Source: Thermoplasmata archaeon (GTDB taxonomy: Archaea > Thermoplasmatota > Thermoplasmata > Lutacidiplasmatales > UBA184). Taken from it: a DNA stretch of 14,706 nt. Positions 7,557 to 14,674 of this stretch are shown here, piece by piece. Position 1 is the first letter of the stretch; each line of letters starts with the position of its first letter. The translations under genes were made by a program, and so were the position numbers. The stretch is from the NCBI GenBank assembly GCA_028864975.1, contig JAGWLG010000051.1, positions 1-14,706 on the forward strand, in the 5' to 3' direction. The notes under the pieces were generated by a model. That model did no database searches, was not told the DNA's origin, and saw nothing but the letters and a program-made list of their open reading frames with translations.

Positions 7557-7808
7557 TTAGAAGAACTGGACTTCGCCGGCGGGTACGTGAAGCATGCTGG
7601 GCTCCAGGCCCCTAGAGCGGGTCCGGCCCTCCGCGAGGACCCTCCTCGGGTCCGTCCCCGCCGCCACGATCTTCCGGTTCACGATGGCCACCCACTCCCC
7701 TGGGTGCTTCCCCAGCTCCCTTGGAGATGGCAGGTGGGAAGGCTGGTGCCACCGACGCGCTCGCGGGGTCATGGATCTTCTTGTCCGTTCCATCTCCTGC
7801 CCGTTCAT
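7557..7808 (-). CDS. DUF5678-domain protein
   Basis: KHPGEWVAIVNRKIVAAGTDPRRVL matches the DUF5678 pattern (KY.G.WVAI....IVA.G). The track start at 7856 is inside the IS end, so the likely start is ATG 7808 (GGAGGT upstream), or 7793/7772. Confidence 0.8.
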   Translation of the reverse strand: MNGQEMERTRRSMTPRARRWHQPSHLPSPRELGKHPGEWVAIVNRKIVAAGTDPRRVLAEGRTRSRGLEPSMLHVPAGEVQFF

Positions 7809-7849
7809 ATCGGTTCGCTCGACCTCCTTCCATGACTTGAGGATGCCGA

Positions 7850-7901
7850 TGTACAACGTCGTAGAATTCTAGGCCGATTCTCGTCGCGAATCGTACGCCA
7901 C
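7850..7901. repeat. IS21 end downstream of istB: two transposase-binding repeats
   Basis: 7850-7875 and TTCTCGTCGCGAATCGTACGCCAC (7878-7901) are inverted copies of the repeats at 10198-10296. Confidence 0.9.
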
Positions 7902-7965
7902 CCCGAAGGCAGCTCCTTGTCTCCTCACCTCCTTGATACCTGACGGCCGACGCTCTACTTACCCT

Positions 7966-8910
7966 TCACGCTCGAGCTTGCAGTGGCGCCAGGGGGGAGG
8001 GGGTCGGCAGTCCGCTCTTCCTCCGTGACCTCAGCCGGTAGCTCTCTCCCTTGATGCTGACGACCGTCGCATGGTGCAGGATCCGGTCCAGCGTCGCCGC
8101 GGCGATCGCCGTGTCCCCCATCACCTCGCCCCACTCCGCGAAACTCTTGTTCGAGGTGAACACCGTCGAGCCCTTCTCGTAGCGGGCGTTGATCAGTTGG
8201 AAGAACAGGTGCGCTCCCACCCTCTCCATCGGGAGGTAGCCGATCTCGTCGACGATGAGCACCCCGTACTTCGCGTACAACCGGAGCTTGCTGTCGAGGC
8301 GATCCACCTCCGCCCCTCGGCGGAGGTCTTCGACGAGACGGGGTGCACTCACGAAGAAGACGGAGAACCCCGCTCGGAGCGCCTCCCACCCTAGCGCCAC
8401 GGCCAGATGCGTTTTTCCGACCCCCGGGGGCCCGAGCAGCAGGACGTTGGCGTGGTCGTGCACGAACCGGAGCGTCCGGAGTTCCTCGAGGACTTTCGGG
8501 TCGATCGAGGGTTGAGCCGCGAGGTCGAACTCCTCGAGGGTCTTCCTCACCGGGATCTTCGAGAACTGCAGACGGAGCTGCAGCGAGAGCGCATCCCTCG
8601 CCTTCACTTCCTCCTGGAGGAGGTGGTCCAGGATCTCCGTCACGCTCTGCTCGTCCACCCCCGGGCCCTGGAGGTAGCCATCGAGCTGGGCCTCCACGGT
8701 CTTGAGGCCGACGCCGAGCAAGTTCGCGTGGAGCCGCTCGTAGGCGAGATGGCCGTCTCCGAAGGGGTGTGCGCCGGGAACCGGCGCACGGAAACGGTCC
8801 TCCTGGCTCTCCGGAGCGATCGGCGAAGGGTCCAGGACCTTCCCTCGCTCGAGGGAAGGGGTGGTCGTCGCGGGGCGGGTGGCGCGTCGTTCGGGCTCTC
8901 TCTTTCTCAT
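7966..8910 (-). CDS. istB: IS21 helper AAA+ ATPase IstB, 314 aa
   Basis: Walker A GPPGVGKT, Walker B LIVDEIGY, TSNK, LDRILHH. ATGA overlap with the istA stop. Confidence 0.97.
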   Translation of the reverse strand: MRKREPERRATRPATTTPSLERGKVLDPSPIAPESQEDRFRAPVPGAHPFGDGHLAYERLHANLLGVGLKTVEAQLDGYLQGPGVDEQSVTEILDHLLQEEVKARDALSLQLRLQFSKIPVRKTLEEFDLAAQPSIDPKVLEELRTLRFVHDHANVLLLGPPGVGKTHLAVALGWEALRAGFSVFFVSAPRLVEDLRRGAEVDRLDSKLRLYAKYGVLIVDEIGYLPMERVGAHLFFQLINARYEKGSTVFTSNKSFAEWGEVMGDTAIAAATLDRILHHATVVSIKGESYRLRSRRKSGLPTPSPLAPLQARA

Positions 8911-10163
8911 GGGTTCTCCTGGGTGGCTTGGTCGTAGACCGAGAGGTCCCGCTGTTCCACCCGCGGGACCTCAGGGAACGACTGGAACGACTCCAGGCGC
9001 GCCTGGCGCACCGGAGGCTTCTGGCGGATGGCGGCGAGGAGACCGGCCCGGTGGCCTTCGGTCTGGACTACATGGCCGGTGCCGGGGCGACGGGTGTGGC
9101 GACAGATCTCCACGCCGTCGACCTCGACAACGAACCCGTCGTCGGTGAGGCGAAGGGTCGCTTCGCGACCCGCATGCTTCCACGGTACCGAGTACCGGTT
9201 CCTCTCGAAGTCGACGTAACAGTCGCGGCTGATCTTGCGACGGACGGTCCGGACGATGGGATAGGGAGCTCGCCCCGCCACCGGGGTGAGCTGCTCCTCC
9301 TCCAGACGGTCGATGGGCGCGATGTGCGTGGTGCCGTGGGGTCGCTGATTGATCCGGTTACACCAGCGGAGGGCCTCGAGGTTCACTTCCTGCAGCGAGG
9401 AGAAGTGCTGTCCGTCGAAGAACCCCTGGCGGACGACGCGGACGCTCCGCTCGACCTTGCCCTTGGTCTGGGCTCGGTACGGTGCGCACAAGCGCACCGT
9501 CAGACCGTAGTAGGCGGCGAAGTCCAGGAAGGTCTTGTTGAACTCGCTGTCCGCGGCGAGGAAGGCCCGGGCCAGCACCACGTTCTTGGTGTTGTCGTAG
9601 AGGGCCTCTCGCGGGAACCCTCCGAAGTAGTCGAAGGCGTGGAGGTGACACTGGATGAACGTTGCCGTGGAGAGATCGGTGACGAACTCGACGTAGCGAC
9701 CTCGGGAGTATCCGAGCGTCATGATGAAGGCGGCCAGCCGTCGGCGTTTCCCGTCCTCGTCGATCCAGCCGAAGAACGCCCAGTCGACCTGGGCTTGCTG
9801 GCCCGGGAGGGTCTCGAAGCGGTAGACCGCGAGGGGGAGACGAGCGGCTCGCAAGGGGCGTAGGGCACGCAGGAGCGTGGAGTAGCTCCCGGTGAACCCA
9901 CGACCACGAACCTCGTCCAGGAGGCGGGTGGTGGTGAGGGTGGGGAACTCGTCCAGTCTACCTTTGAGGTAGTCCAGGAAGGGGAGGAGCAGCTCCGGAT
10001 CGGAGGCGCGTGCCCGGTAGACCGGAGCCCGCGGACAGGCGAGGTACTTCAGGACCGTGGTACGGTTGAACCCGGTGCGTTTGGCGATGGCGCGGGCCGA
10101 GAGGCCCTGGTCGTGCAGGTGGCGGATGTAGGCCCAGTCTTCCATGTGCAGCAAGGCTACCAC
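8907..10163 (-). CDS. istA: IS21 DDE transposase IstA, ~418 aa (start may be TTG 10154)
   Basis: N-terminal HTH (GLSARAIAKRTGFNRTTVLKYL), RFETLPGQQAQVDW (D), LYDN (D), QTKGKVER (E), NQRPHGTT. Confidence 0.97.
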   Translation of the reverse strand: MVALLHMEDWAYIRHLHDQGLSARAIAKRTGFNRTTVLKYLACPRAPVYRARASDPELLLPFLDYLKGRLDEFPTLTTTRLLDEVRGRGFTGSYSTLLRALRPLRAARLPLAVYRFETLPGQQAQVDWAFFGWIDEDGKRRRLAAFIMTLGYSRGRYVEFVTDLSTATFIQCHLHAFDYFGGFPREALYDNTKNVVLARAFLAADSEFNKTFLDFAAYYGLTVRLCAPYRAQTKGKVERSVRVVRQGFFDGQHFSSLQEVNLEALRWCNRINQRPHGTTHIAPIDRLEEEQLTPVAGRAPYPIVRTVRRKISRDCYVDFERNRYSVPWKHAGREATLRLTDDGFVVEVDGVEICRHTRRPGTGHVVQTEGHRAGLLAAIRQKPPVRQARLESFQSFPEVPRVEQRDLSVYDQATQENP

Positions 10164-10197
10164 TCCCCCGAGGGGGTTCGGGGGAGAGGCGGGAGGG

Positions 10198-10296
10198 GTG
10201 GCGTACTTTTCGCGACGAAAAGTGGCCCACTTTTCGCGACGAAGACTGGCGTACTTCCTACGACGATAGATGGCCTAGTTTTCGCGACGTTCTACA
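10198..10296. repeat. IS21 end upstream of istA: four tandem 24-bp repeats (consensus gTGGCgtACTTTTCGCGACGaa) ending in CA
   Basis: Copies start at 10198, 10222, 10246 and 10270, giving exact 24-bp periodicity. Confidence 0.93.
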
Positions 10297-10385
10297 CCGA
10301 GAACCAGAGCGTGCCTGGGTGCGAGGTGCAAGCCTGGGTGGAGGGGGCCCCTCCCGCCCGGGTCGCTATTGAGGAGTCTCGGCTT

Positions 10386-10714
10386 TCATCCCAGTCGCCC
10401 GCAACCCCACAAGAGGAGCATGAACCCCACGAGGCATGGAGGGGCAACGAAGAGCAGGTAGGGCTCGGTCAGGTCGCAAGACCCAGAAACGAGGAGGCAG
10501 GTGAACGACGTGGCCACCAGCGCCGCGAACAGTACCAGCACCACGCCCCCAACAATGGCCATCCACCCGACCGCGCGTCGGTTCTCCCGCTCGACCTTAG
10601 CCGTACCGTCGCGAGTGGACGGTGATCTGAGCGAGAGCAAGGCCCCGCACGCTGCGCACCTGTCAGAAGGTCCGAAGTTGGCCTGGCCGCAGCTAAGCAC
10701 ACTCGGAGGGCCAT
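10386..10714 (-). pseudogene. Zinc-ribbon + 2-TM membrane protein with a 1-nt frameshift
   Basis: ATG 10714 gives MALRVC. One base is missing at ~10695-10696, after which the adjacent frame gives SCGQANFGPSDRCAACG and two TM helices. Restoring one base completes CxxC...CxxC. Confidence 0.65.
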
Positions 10715-10823
10715 TGGGATCCCATGGCCGAGCGGCGAGATGAACCCCGCGCCGGCCCCTGCGGCCGCCATTGCCCGGCAAGAAGAATGACCACCACGAG
10801 GGCGACCGCGCGAGGGGTGTCCA

Positions 10824-11333
10824 TCAGGGGAAGATCGCGACGGTCACCCCGCTCCTCTTGCAGAACGCGCTGATCGCGTTGAGAGCGATGTGGACGTCCT
10901 GATGGTTCGAAGCGACGCCATCGATGAGCACCAGCATGGGTTTGTCTCCGGGGCGGTGAACGATCCTCTCCGTGAGGCGCACGGGAAGGCAGACGTAGCC
11001 GAACGCCGCGGCGAGGAGCGGCGCATCTCCCAGGATCTCGGGAAAGGCCTCCCGGCAGCGCCTCCCGAGCTGTCCCAACGGGGGCAGCCGCCAGTCCTGC
11101 ATCCTCAGCGCCCGCCCTCCCATCTGGAGAAGAGCACGGATGTCGGCCAGCCGCTCGTCCGACCCCAGGTAGTGCACCTCGGCGTTCATCCGGAGCGCCT
11201 CCGTTGCGACCTCGATCAAGAGCGAGGCGTCGTGCATCCTCTTGGAGGGTCGTCCCGAGAGCTCCTCCAGGATGGAAAGGTCCCGTCCCGGCGGCGCCTG
11301 GACGCTCGTGCCTGAGAGTACCGCGCTCTCCAT
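10824..11333 (-). CDS. RecA/KaiC-like fold protein with degenerate Walker A, 169 aa
   Basis: ATG 11333 after GAGGAGG. Motif order LEELSGRP / ATEALRMNAEVHYLGSDE / MLVLIDGV / LNAISAFCKRSGVTVAIF parallels KaiC/RadB (l.G.pgsGKT / a......v.Yis.Ee / lvviDsi / l..l.k..gvtv). Confidence 0.6.
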   Translation of the reverse strand: MESAVLSGTSVQAPPGRDLSILEELSGRPSKRMHDASLLIEVATEALRMNAEVHYLGSDERLADIRALLQMGGRALRMQDWRLPPLGQLGRRCREAFPEILGDAPLLAAAFGYVCLPVRLTERIVHRPGDKPMLVLIDGVASNHQDVHIALNAISAFCKRSGVTVAIFP

Positions 11334-11367
11334 CCCGCTCGCCCTCCTCGTGTCGGAGCCGCGATGT

Positions 11368-11559
11368 TCACGCCAGCACGTTGGAACACGCCGGGCAAAC
11401 ACGCGCCTCGGGTCCGACTGGAGTGGAACAGACCGCACAGGTGACGAGGTCCTCCTCGAACGCGACCCCGCATGCAGGGCAGAAGGGAACGGCGAGGGGA
11501 GCGGCCGTCAGGCAGAGCGGGCAGTGGGCCCACTCGACCTCGTCCGACTCGGCGGGCAT
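11368..11559 (-). CDS. Double zinc ribbon (DZR) protein, 63 aa (alternative start 11604)
   Basis: Four CxxC motifs: CPLC, CPAC, CAVC, CPAC. Confidence 0.8.
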   Translation of the reverse strand: MPAESDEVEWAHCPLCLTAAPLAVPFCPACGVAFEEDLVTCAVCSTPVGPEARVCPACSNVLA

Positions 11560-11699
11560 GTTCGGGCTCGGCAGGATCGCTTGGGTTTCGGGGGTGGCCA
11601 ACATGAGGGCCACTTCGGGCCCAGGGGGGATGAAGCCGCAGTTCAGGAACGGAACCTGAGGGGGGTGGCCGGACGCGTCCAAGAACTTGTGGGGCAACC

Positions 11700-11947
11700 G
11701 AGGTTCGGGGGGCGGCATTCGGGAACCCCGTGGGCATCAGGTCCAGATCCACGCTCAAGCGGGGAGCCTTCGGCCAGTGGAAGACGTTGAGCGCGGTCCC
11801 TCCCTTCAGGGTGAACTTGTCGCGAGTGGCGACGCGCGCCTGGAGCTCGCGGAGGAGCCCCAGGAGACGCCAGACCTTCTCCGCGGTCGCCTGCGGGAAG
11901 CCCTCGCTGAGCGCCTTCGAGAGGTCCTCCGAGCCTACTTCGACCAC
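11700..11947 (-). pseudogene. abiEii: Truncated AbiEii-family nucleotidyltransferase toxin (N-terminal ~80 codons only)
   Basis: FTLKGGTALNVFH...RLSVDLDL is the AbiEii GGTA/DxD signature. After about residue 80 the frame becomes Pro/Arg-rich sequence overlapping the DZR and KaiC-like genes. GTG start overlaps the abiEi end. Confidence 0.85.
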
Positions 11948-12744
11948 CTACGCACCTCTGGGTATACGACCCTGAAGCGACGGTCATAGCGGTTGGACGG
12001 AGCGCGAGGCCGCGTTCCCAGGTACTTCGGACTTGACCGAGCCACCGCTCGCTCGAGGTCGGAAAGCACCGGTTCGAAGCCCCGGAGCTTCGGCGGGTCG
12101 CCCACCGCTCGAGCGAGGAAGTGGCCGAGCCGGGCGAGGGCCGCCGTGTTGCTCACCCCTCGGGCCGCGCGGGAGAGGTCGACCGGGTCGACACGGGGAA
12201 GGAGACTCCTGAACGCCTCGAAGGTCCCCTCGTAGTCCTGCTCGGGCCCGGAGAGGCCAGCCAGGTCCACGAGGGTCTGCGCGGGGGTGGTCACGAGCAA
12301 AGTCGCCCCTCCTCGCCGCACCCTCCGGGTGACGCCTTCCCAGGCGTGGGCGGGTGAAGCATGGACCCGAAGGGAGGTCTCCCCGACGGTGCGGCGGCGC
12401 GGGCGCACTCCGCGGGCCTCCACGTGGATCACGTTGCGGACCTGCTGCTCGGCTCCTAAGAGCGCCAGTGCGCTGAAGTGACTGAAGACGTAACGCTCGC
12501 CCAGGGCACGATGGACGGCGAGGAATGGGTCGGGGTGGAACCCCCTGGGCTCAACATCAAGCGGGACCGCCGCGTACACGCCTCGCTGGACCGCCTTGAG
12601 GAAGCCGCGAGCCCGGAGGTCGAACGCCGTCTTCGCAGCGTTCCTGGGGGAGACCCCGAGGACACGAGCGAGGTCCCGTGTGGTCAGGACACGGCCCCGG
12701 GCCACCTTGAGGAGGGTCTCACGATTTACTCTCCTACGCTCCAT
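11935..12744 (-). CDS. abiEi: Type IV toxin-antitoxin antitoxin, AbiEi family, 269 aa
   Basis: N-terminal wHTH ending VQRGVY, then YVFSHFSALALLG, VTTPAQTLVD and ARLGHFL. It overlaps the abiEii start. Confidence 0.9.
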   Translation of the reverse strand: MERRRVNRETLLKVARGRVLTTRDLARVLGVSPRNAAKTAFDLRARGFLKAVQRGVYAAVPLDVEPRGFHPDPFLAVHRALGERYVFSHFSALALLGAEQQVRNVIHVEARGVRPRRRTVGETSLRVHASPAHAWEGVTRRVRRGGATLLVTTPAQTLVDLAGLSGPEQDYEGTFEAFRSLLPRVDPVDLSRAARGVSNTAALARLGHFLARAVGDPPKLRGFEPVLSDLERAVARSSPKYLGTRPRAPSNRYDRRFRVVYPEVRRWSK

Positions 12745-12751
12745 GCTGATT

Positions 12752-12785
12752 CTATCATATGGAATCTATGTGGAGTATATGATAG
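12752..12785. promoter_or_regulatory. abiE promoter inverted repeat CTATCATAT-N16-ATATGATAG
   Basis: Perfect 9-bp IR in an AT-rich patch 8-41 bp upstream of the abiEi ATG. Confidence 0.7.
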
Positions 12786-13009
12786 CGATGGGCCACCCGT
12801 ACCCGGACGACTCCAGGGCAGGGCGGTCCTGCACCGCGGTTTCGAGGAATCGGAGGCGGCGGGCGGGCGCTCACCTTCGGAAGGAATGGAAGGCTGCCCT
12901 GAGCCCTTCGCGGTCAGCTTCATCTCACGGGGCCTCGAGGGGCCTTCGGCAGGTCCCGCGGCGGGGAGCGCGTGCAGATGCTCGACCGGACCCCACGAGG
13001 TCTCCGCGC

Positions 13010-13465
13010 TCAGCTTACGGCCTTCTTCAGCAGCGCCGCGATCCGCGCCTCTTCCGCTGCGGTCATCTGCATCAACGCAAAGCTGGTGGGCCACATCTGC
13101 CCCTCGTCGAGCTTCGCCTCGTTGCCGAACCCCAGGGTCCCGTAGCGCGCCTTGAACTTGCTCGCCGGCTGGAAGAAGCAGAGCACGTCCCCGCCCTTGG
13201 AGTACGCGGGCATCCCGTACCAGAGCCTAGGGGAGAGCTCGGGCGCGGTCGACGTGATGACCGCGTGAAGGCGCTTGGCGATCGAGCGATCCGGTTCCGG
13301 GAACTCAGCGATCTTGGCGAGCACCGCCCTCTCGTCCTTCTCCCGGTCCTTCCCCCATACGATCTTCTGCTCTCGAACGGCCTCCCGCATCGCGGACCGC
13401 TCTTCGTCGGAGAATCCCGAGGACCTCTTACCGGACCGGTCGCTCGGCTTCTTCGCGGCTGGCAT
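13010..13465 (-). CDS. DUF1801 (YdhG-like) domain protein, 151 aa
   Basis: GFSDEERSAM...LAKIAEFPEPDR...PRLWYGMPAY...CFFQPASKFKARYGTLGF...MWPTSFAL is the typical family sequence. ATG 13465 has a TATA-like CTTCTTATG about 25 bp upstream. Confidence 0.9.
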   Translation of the reverse strand: MPAAKKPSDRSGKRSSGFSDEERSAMREAVREQKIVWGKDREKDERAVLAKIAEFPEPDRSIAKRLHAVITSTAPELSPRLWYGMPAYSKGGDVLCFFQPASKFKARYGTLGFGNEAKLDEGQMWPTSFALMQMTAAEEARIAALLKKAVS

Positions 13466-13563
13466 GGCCCGGCCCACGAACTCAGACATAAGAAGGTCAG
13501 CTCGGACCTCCACCGCTTGGGCGAGGTCCCGGTACGATTCGCCCTGGTCACGCGAGACCCGGC

Positions 13564-14544
13564 TCACCCGCTACCGGGCGCCGCCGGGTCCACCGACCTC
13601 TCGATCTCGGCAAGACGGAGCCGGTTCTCTTGCCCGAGGACCTTCATCAGTCCCTCCCGACGGATGCGCCGGAGGACCTCCCGAACCTCCGTCGCCGCAC
13701 CTCTACGGCGGGCGAGCTCCGCCTCGACGACCAGCGCCTGAGCGACGAAGTAGCGAACTCCGCCCTTCTCCCCGGCCGCCTTCAGCTCGTCGAGAGCCCT
13801 GCTCGCCTCCTCCCATCGGCCCTGGCCCATGGCGATGGAGGCCTCCAGGAGACGAAGCTGCAGTCGATCGACGTGGGTCTCAGGTACGTGCGACCCCCCC
13901 CGGTCGACGAACTTCCGCAGTTCTTGGGCGAGCTCCTCCGCCCTGGCGTACGCCCCCGCGCCACAGGCGTACTCCCCGACGTTGCCCAAGATCATCATCA
14001 AGCTCGATCGGGCCCCGGTCCTTCGGGCCTCCCTCAGCGCCTCCTCCCCCCGCTCAAGGGCGGCCGGGTATCGCCTCCGGTTGAACTCGACCTCGGCGAG
14101 GGTCGCGAGGAGCTCGACCACGATCGTCTGATGAGGAGTCCCGACCACGCGATCGCGATGCTCCAGCGCCCCGAGCAAGTGCTGTCGAGCCTTCTCCGGG
14201 TCCTCTCCCGCAAGCAGGTAGGCGCCGGCCACGTCCAGATGGCAGCGCATCCTCAGCGAGAGGTTCTTCCCCCGGTCGGCGAGGGCGCAGGCCCGCTCCC
14301 CCATCTCCAGGGCTTCCGCAGAACGGCCGCGGGTGCTGAGGAGTCCGCAGTAAGCCCGCAGGAGCGCCGCCTCCTCGTCCCGGAACTTTCCCCGGGCCTC
14401 CCCCAGCGCCCGCTTGAGCTCCTCCTCGGGGTCATGCCCCAAGTTCACCTCCGCCACCGCGATCAGGGCCACGTAGGGAAGCCGCTCCCTCCTCGGCGCG
14501 CCGCGGGCCTCGGAGATCGCGTAGGCGCGTCGGAGGGCTTGCAC
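13564..14544 (-). CDS. TPR-repeat (MalT-like superhelical) protein, 326 aa, possibly 5'-truncated
   Basis: All-helical repeats (GRSAEALEMGERACALA, RRYPAALERGEEALREA, GAYARAEELAQE, GRWEEASRALDE). TPR-like sequence continues upstream of the GTG to a TAG at 14566-14568. Confidence 0.75.
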   Translation of the reverse strand: MQALRRAYAISEARGAPRRERLPYVALIAVAEVNLGHDPEEELKRALGEARGKFRDEEAALLRAYCGLLSTRGRSAEALEMGERACALADRGKNLSLRMRCHLDVAGAYLLAGEDPEKARQHLLGALEHRDRVVGTPHQTIVVELLATLAEVEFNRRRYPAALERGEEALREARRTGARSSLMMILGNVGEYACGAGAYARAEELAQELRKFVDRGGSHVPETHVDRLQLRLLEASIAMGQGRWEEASRALDELKAAGEKGGVRYFVAQALVVEAELARRRGAATEVREVLRRIRREGLMKVLGQENRLRLAEIERSVDPAAPGSG

Positions 14545-14643
14545 GCACCCCGAGGGGTCCTCGGCCTATTGTTGACCGCAAGCCTTGAGCGGCCGTCGTA
14601 GTGAGTAACGACAGGATCGCTCCACTATCGGGGAAAGGTCCAA

Positions 14644-14674
14644 ATATGTAGTGAGAATATTGTTCACTACAGAT
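14644..14674. promoter_or_regulatory. Palindrome TGTAGTGA-N9-TCACTACA overlapping a TATA-like element
   Basis: Arms at 14647-14654 and 14664-14671, extending to 10/11 matches. Extra half-site GTAGTGAG at 14598-14605. AAATAT at 14642-14647. Confidence 0.6.

Larger units (their letters stand above)
7850..10296 (-). mobile_element. Complete IS21-family insertion sequence (2447 bp) with 4-bp TSD CCGA
   Basis: The ends read TGTACAACGTCGTAGAATTCTAGGCC (7850) and, on the minus strand, TGTAGAACGTCGCGAAAACTAGGCC (10296). CCGA flanks both sides (7846-7849, 10297-10300). It contains istA-istB. Confidence 0.95.

Noticed and set aside
7922-7934. CTCACCTCCTT resembling a 16S rRNA 3' end, or a strong SD on the minus strand
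   Set aside because: No rRNA context, it lies inside the IS end, and it is followed only by a short ORF stopping within the terminal repeat.
10198-10296. Tandem 24-bp repeats as a mini-CRISPR array
   Set aside because: No spacers, no cas genes, and fully explained as IS21 end repeats.
10313-10345. Direct repeat GCCTGGGTG x2 (19-bp period) beside the IS
   Set aside because: Only 9 bp in GC-rich sequence, so chance cannot be excluded.
11216-11947. 243-aa full-length AbiEii as given in the ORF track
   Set aside because: Only the first ~80 aa are AbiEii-like. The rest is alternative-frame sequence of the DZR and KaiC-like genes.
12790-13009. Possible small gene or ncRNA between DUF1801 and abiEi
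   Set aside because: No convincing ORF, motif or stable structure was seen.
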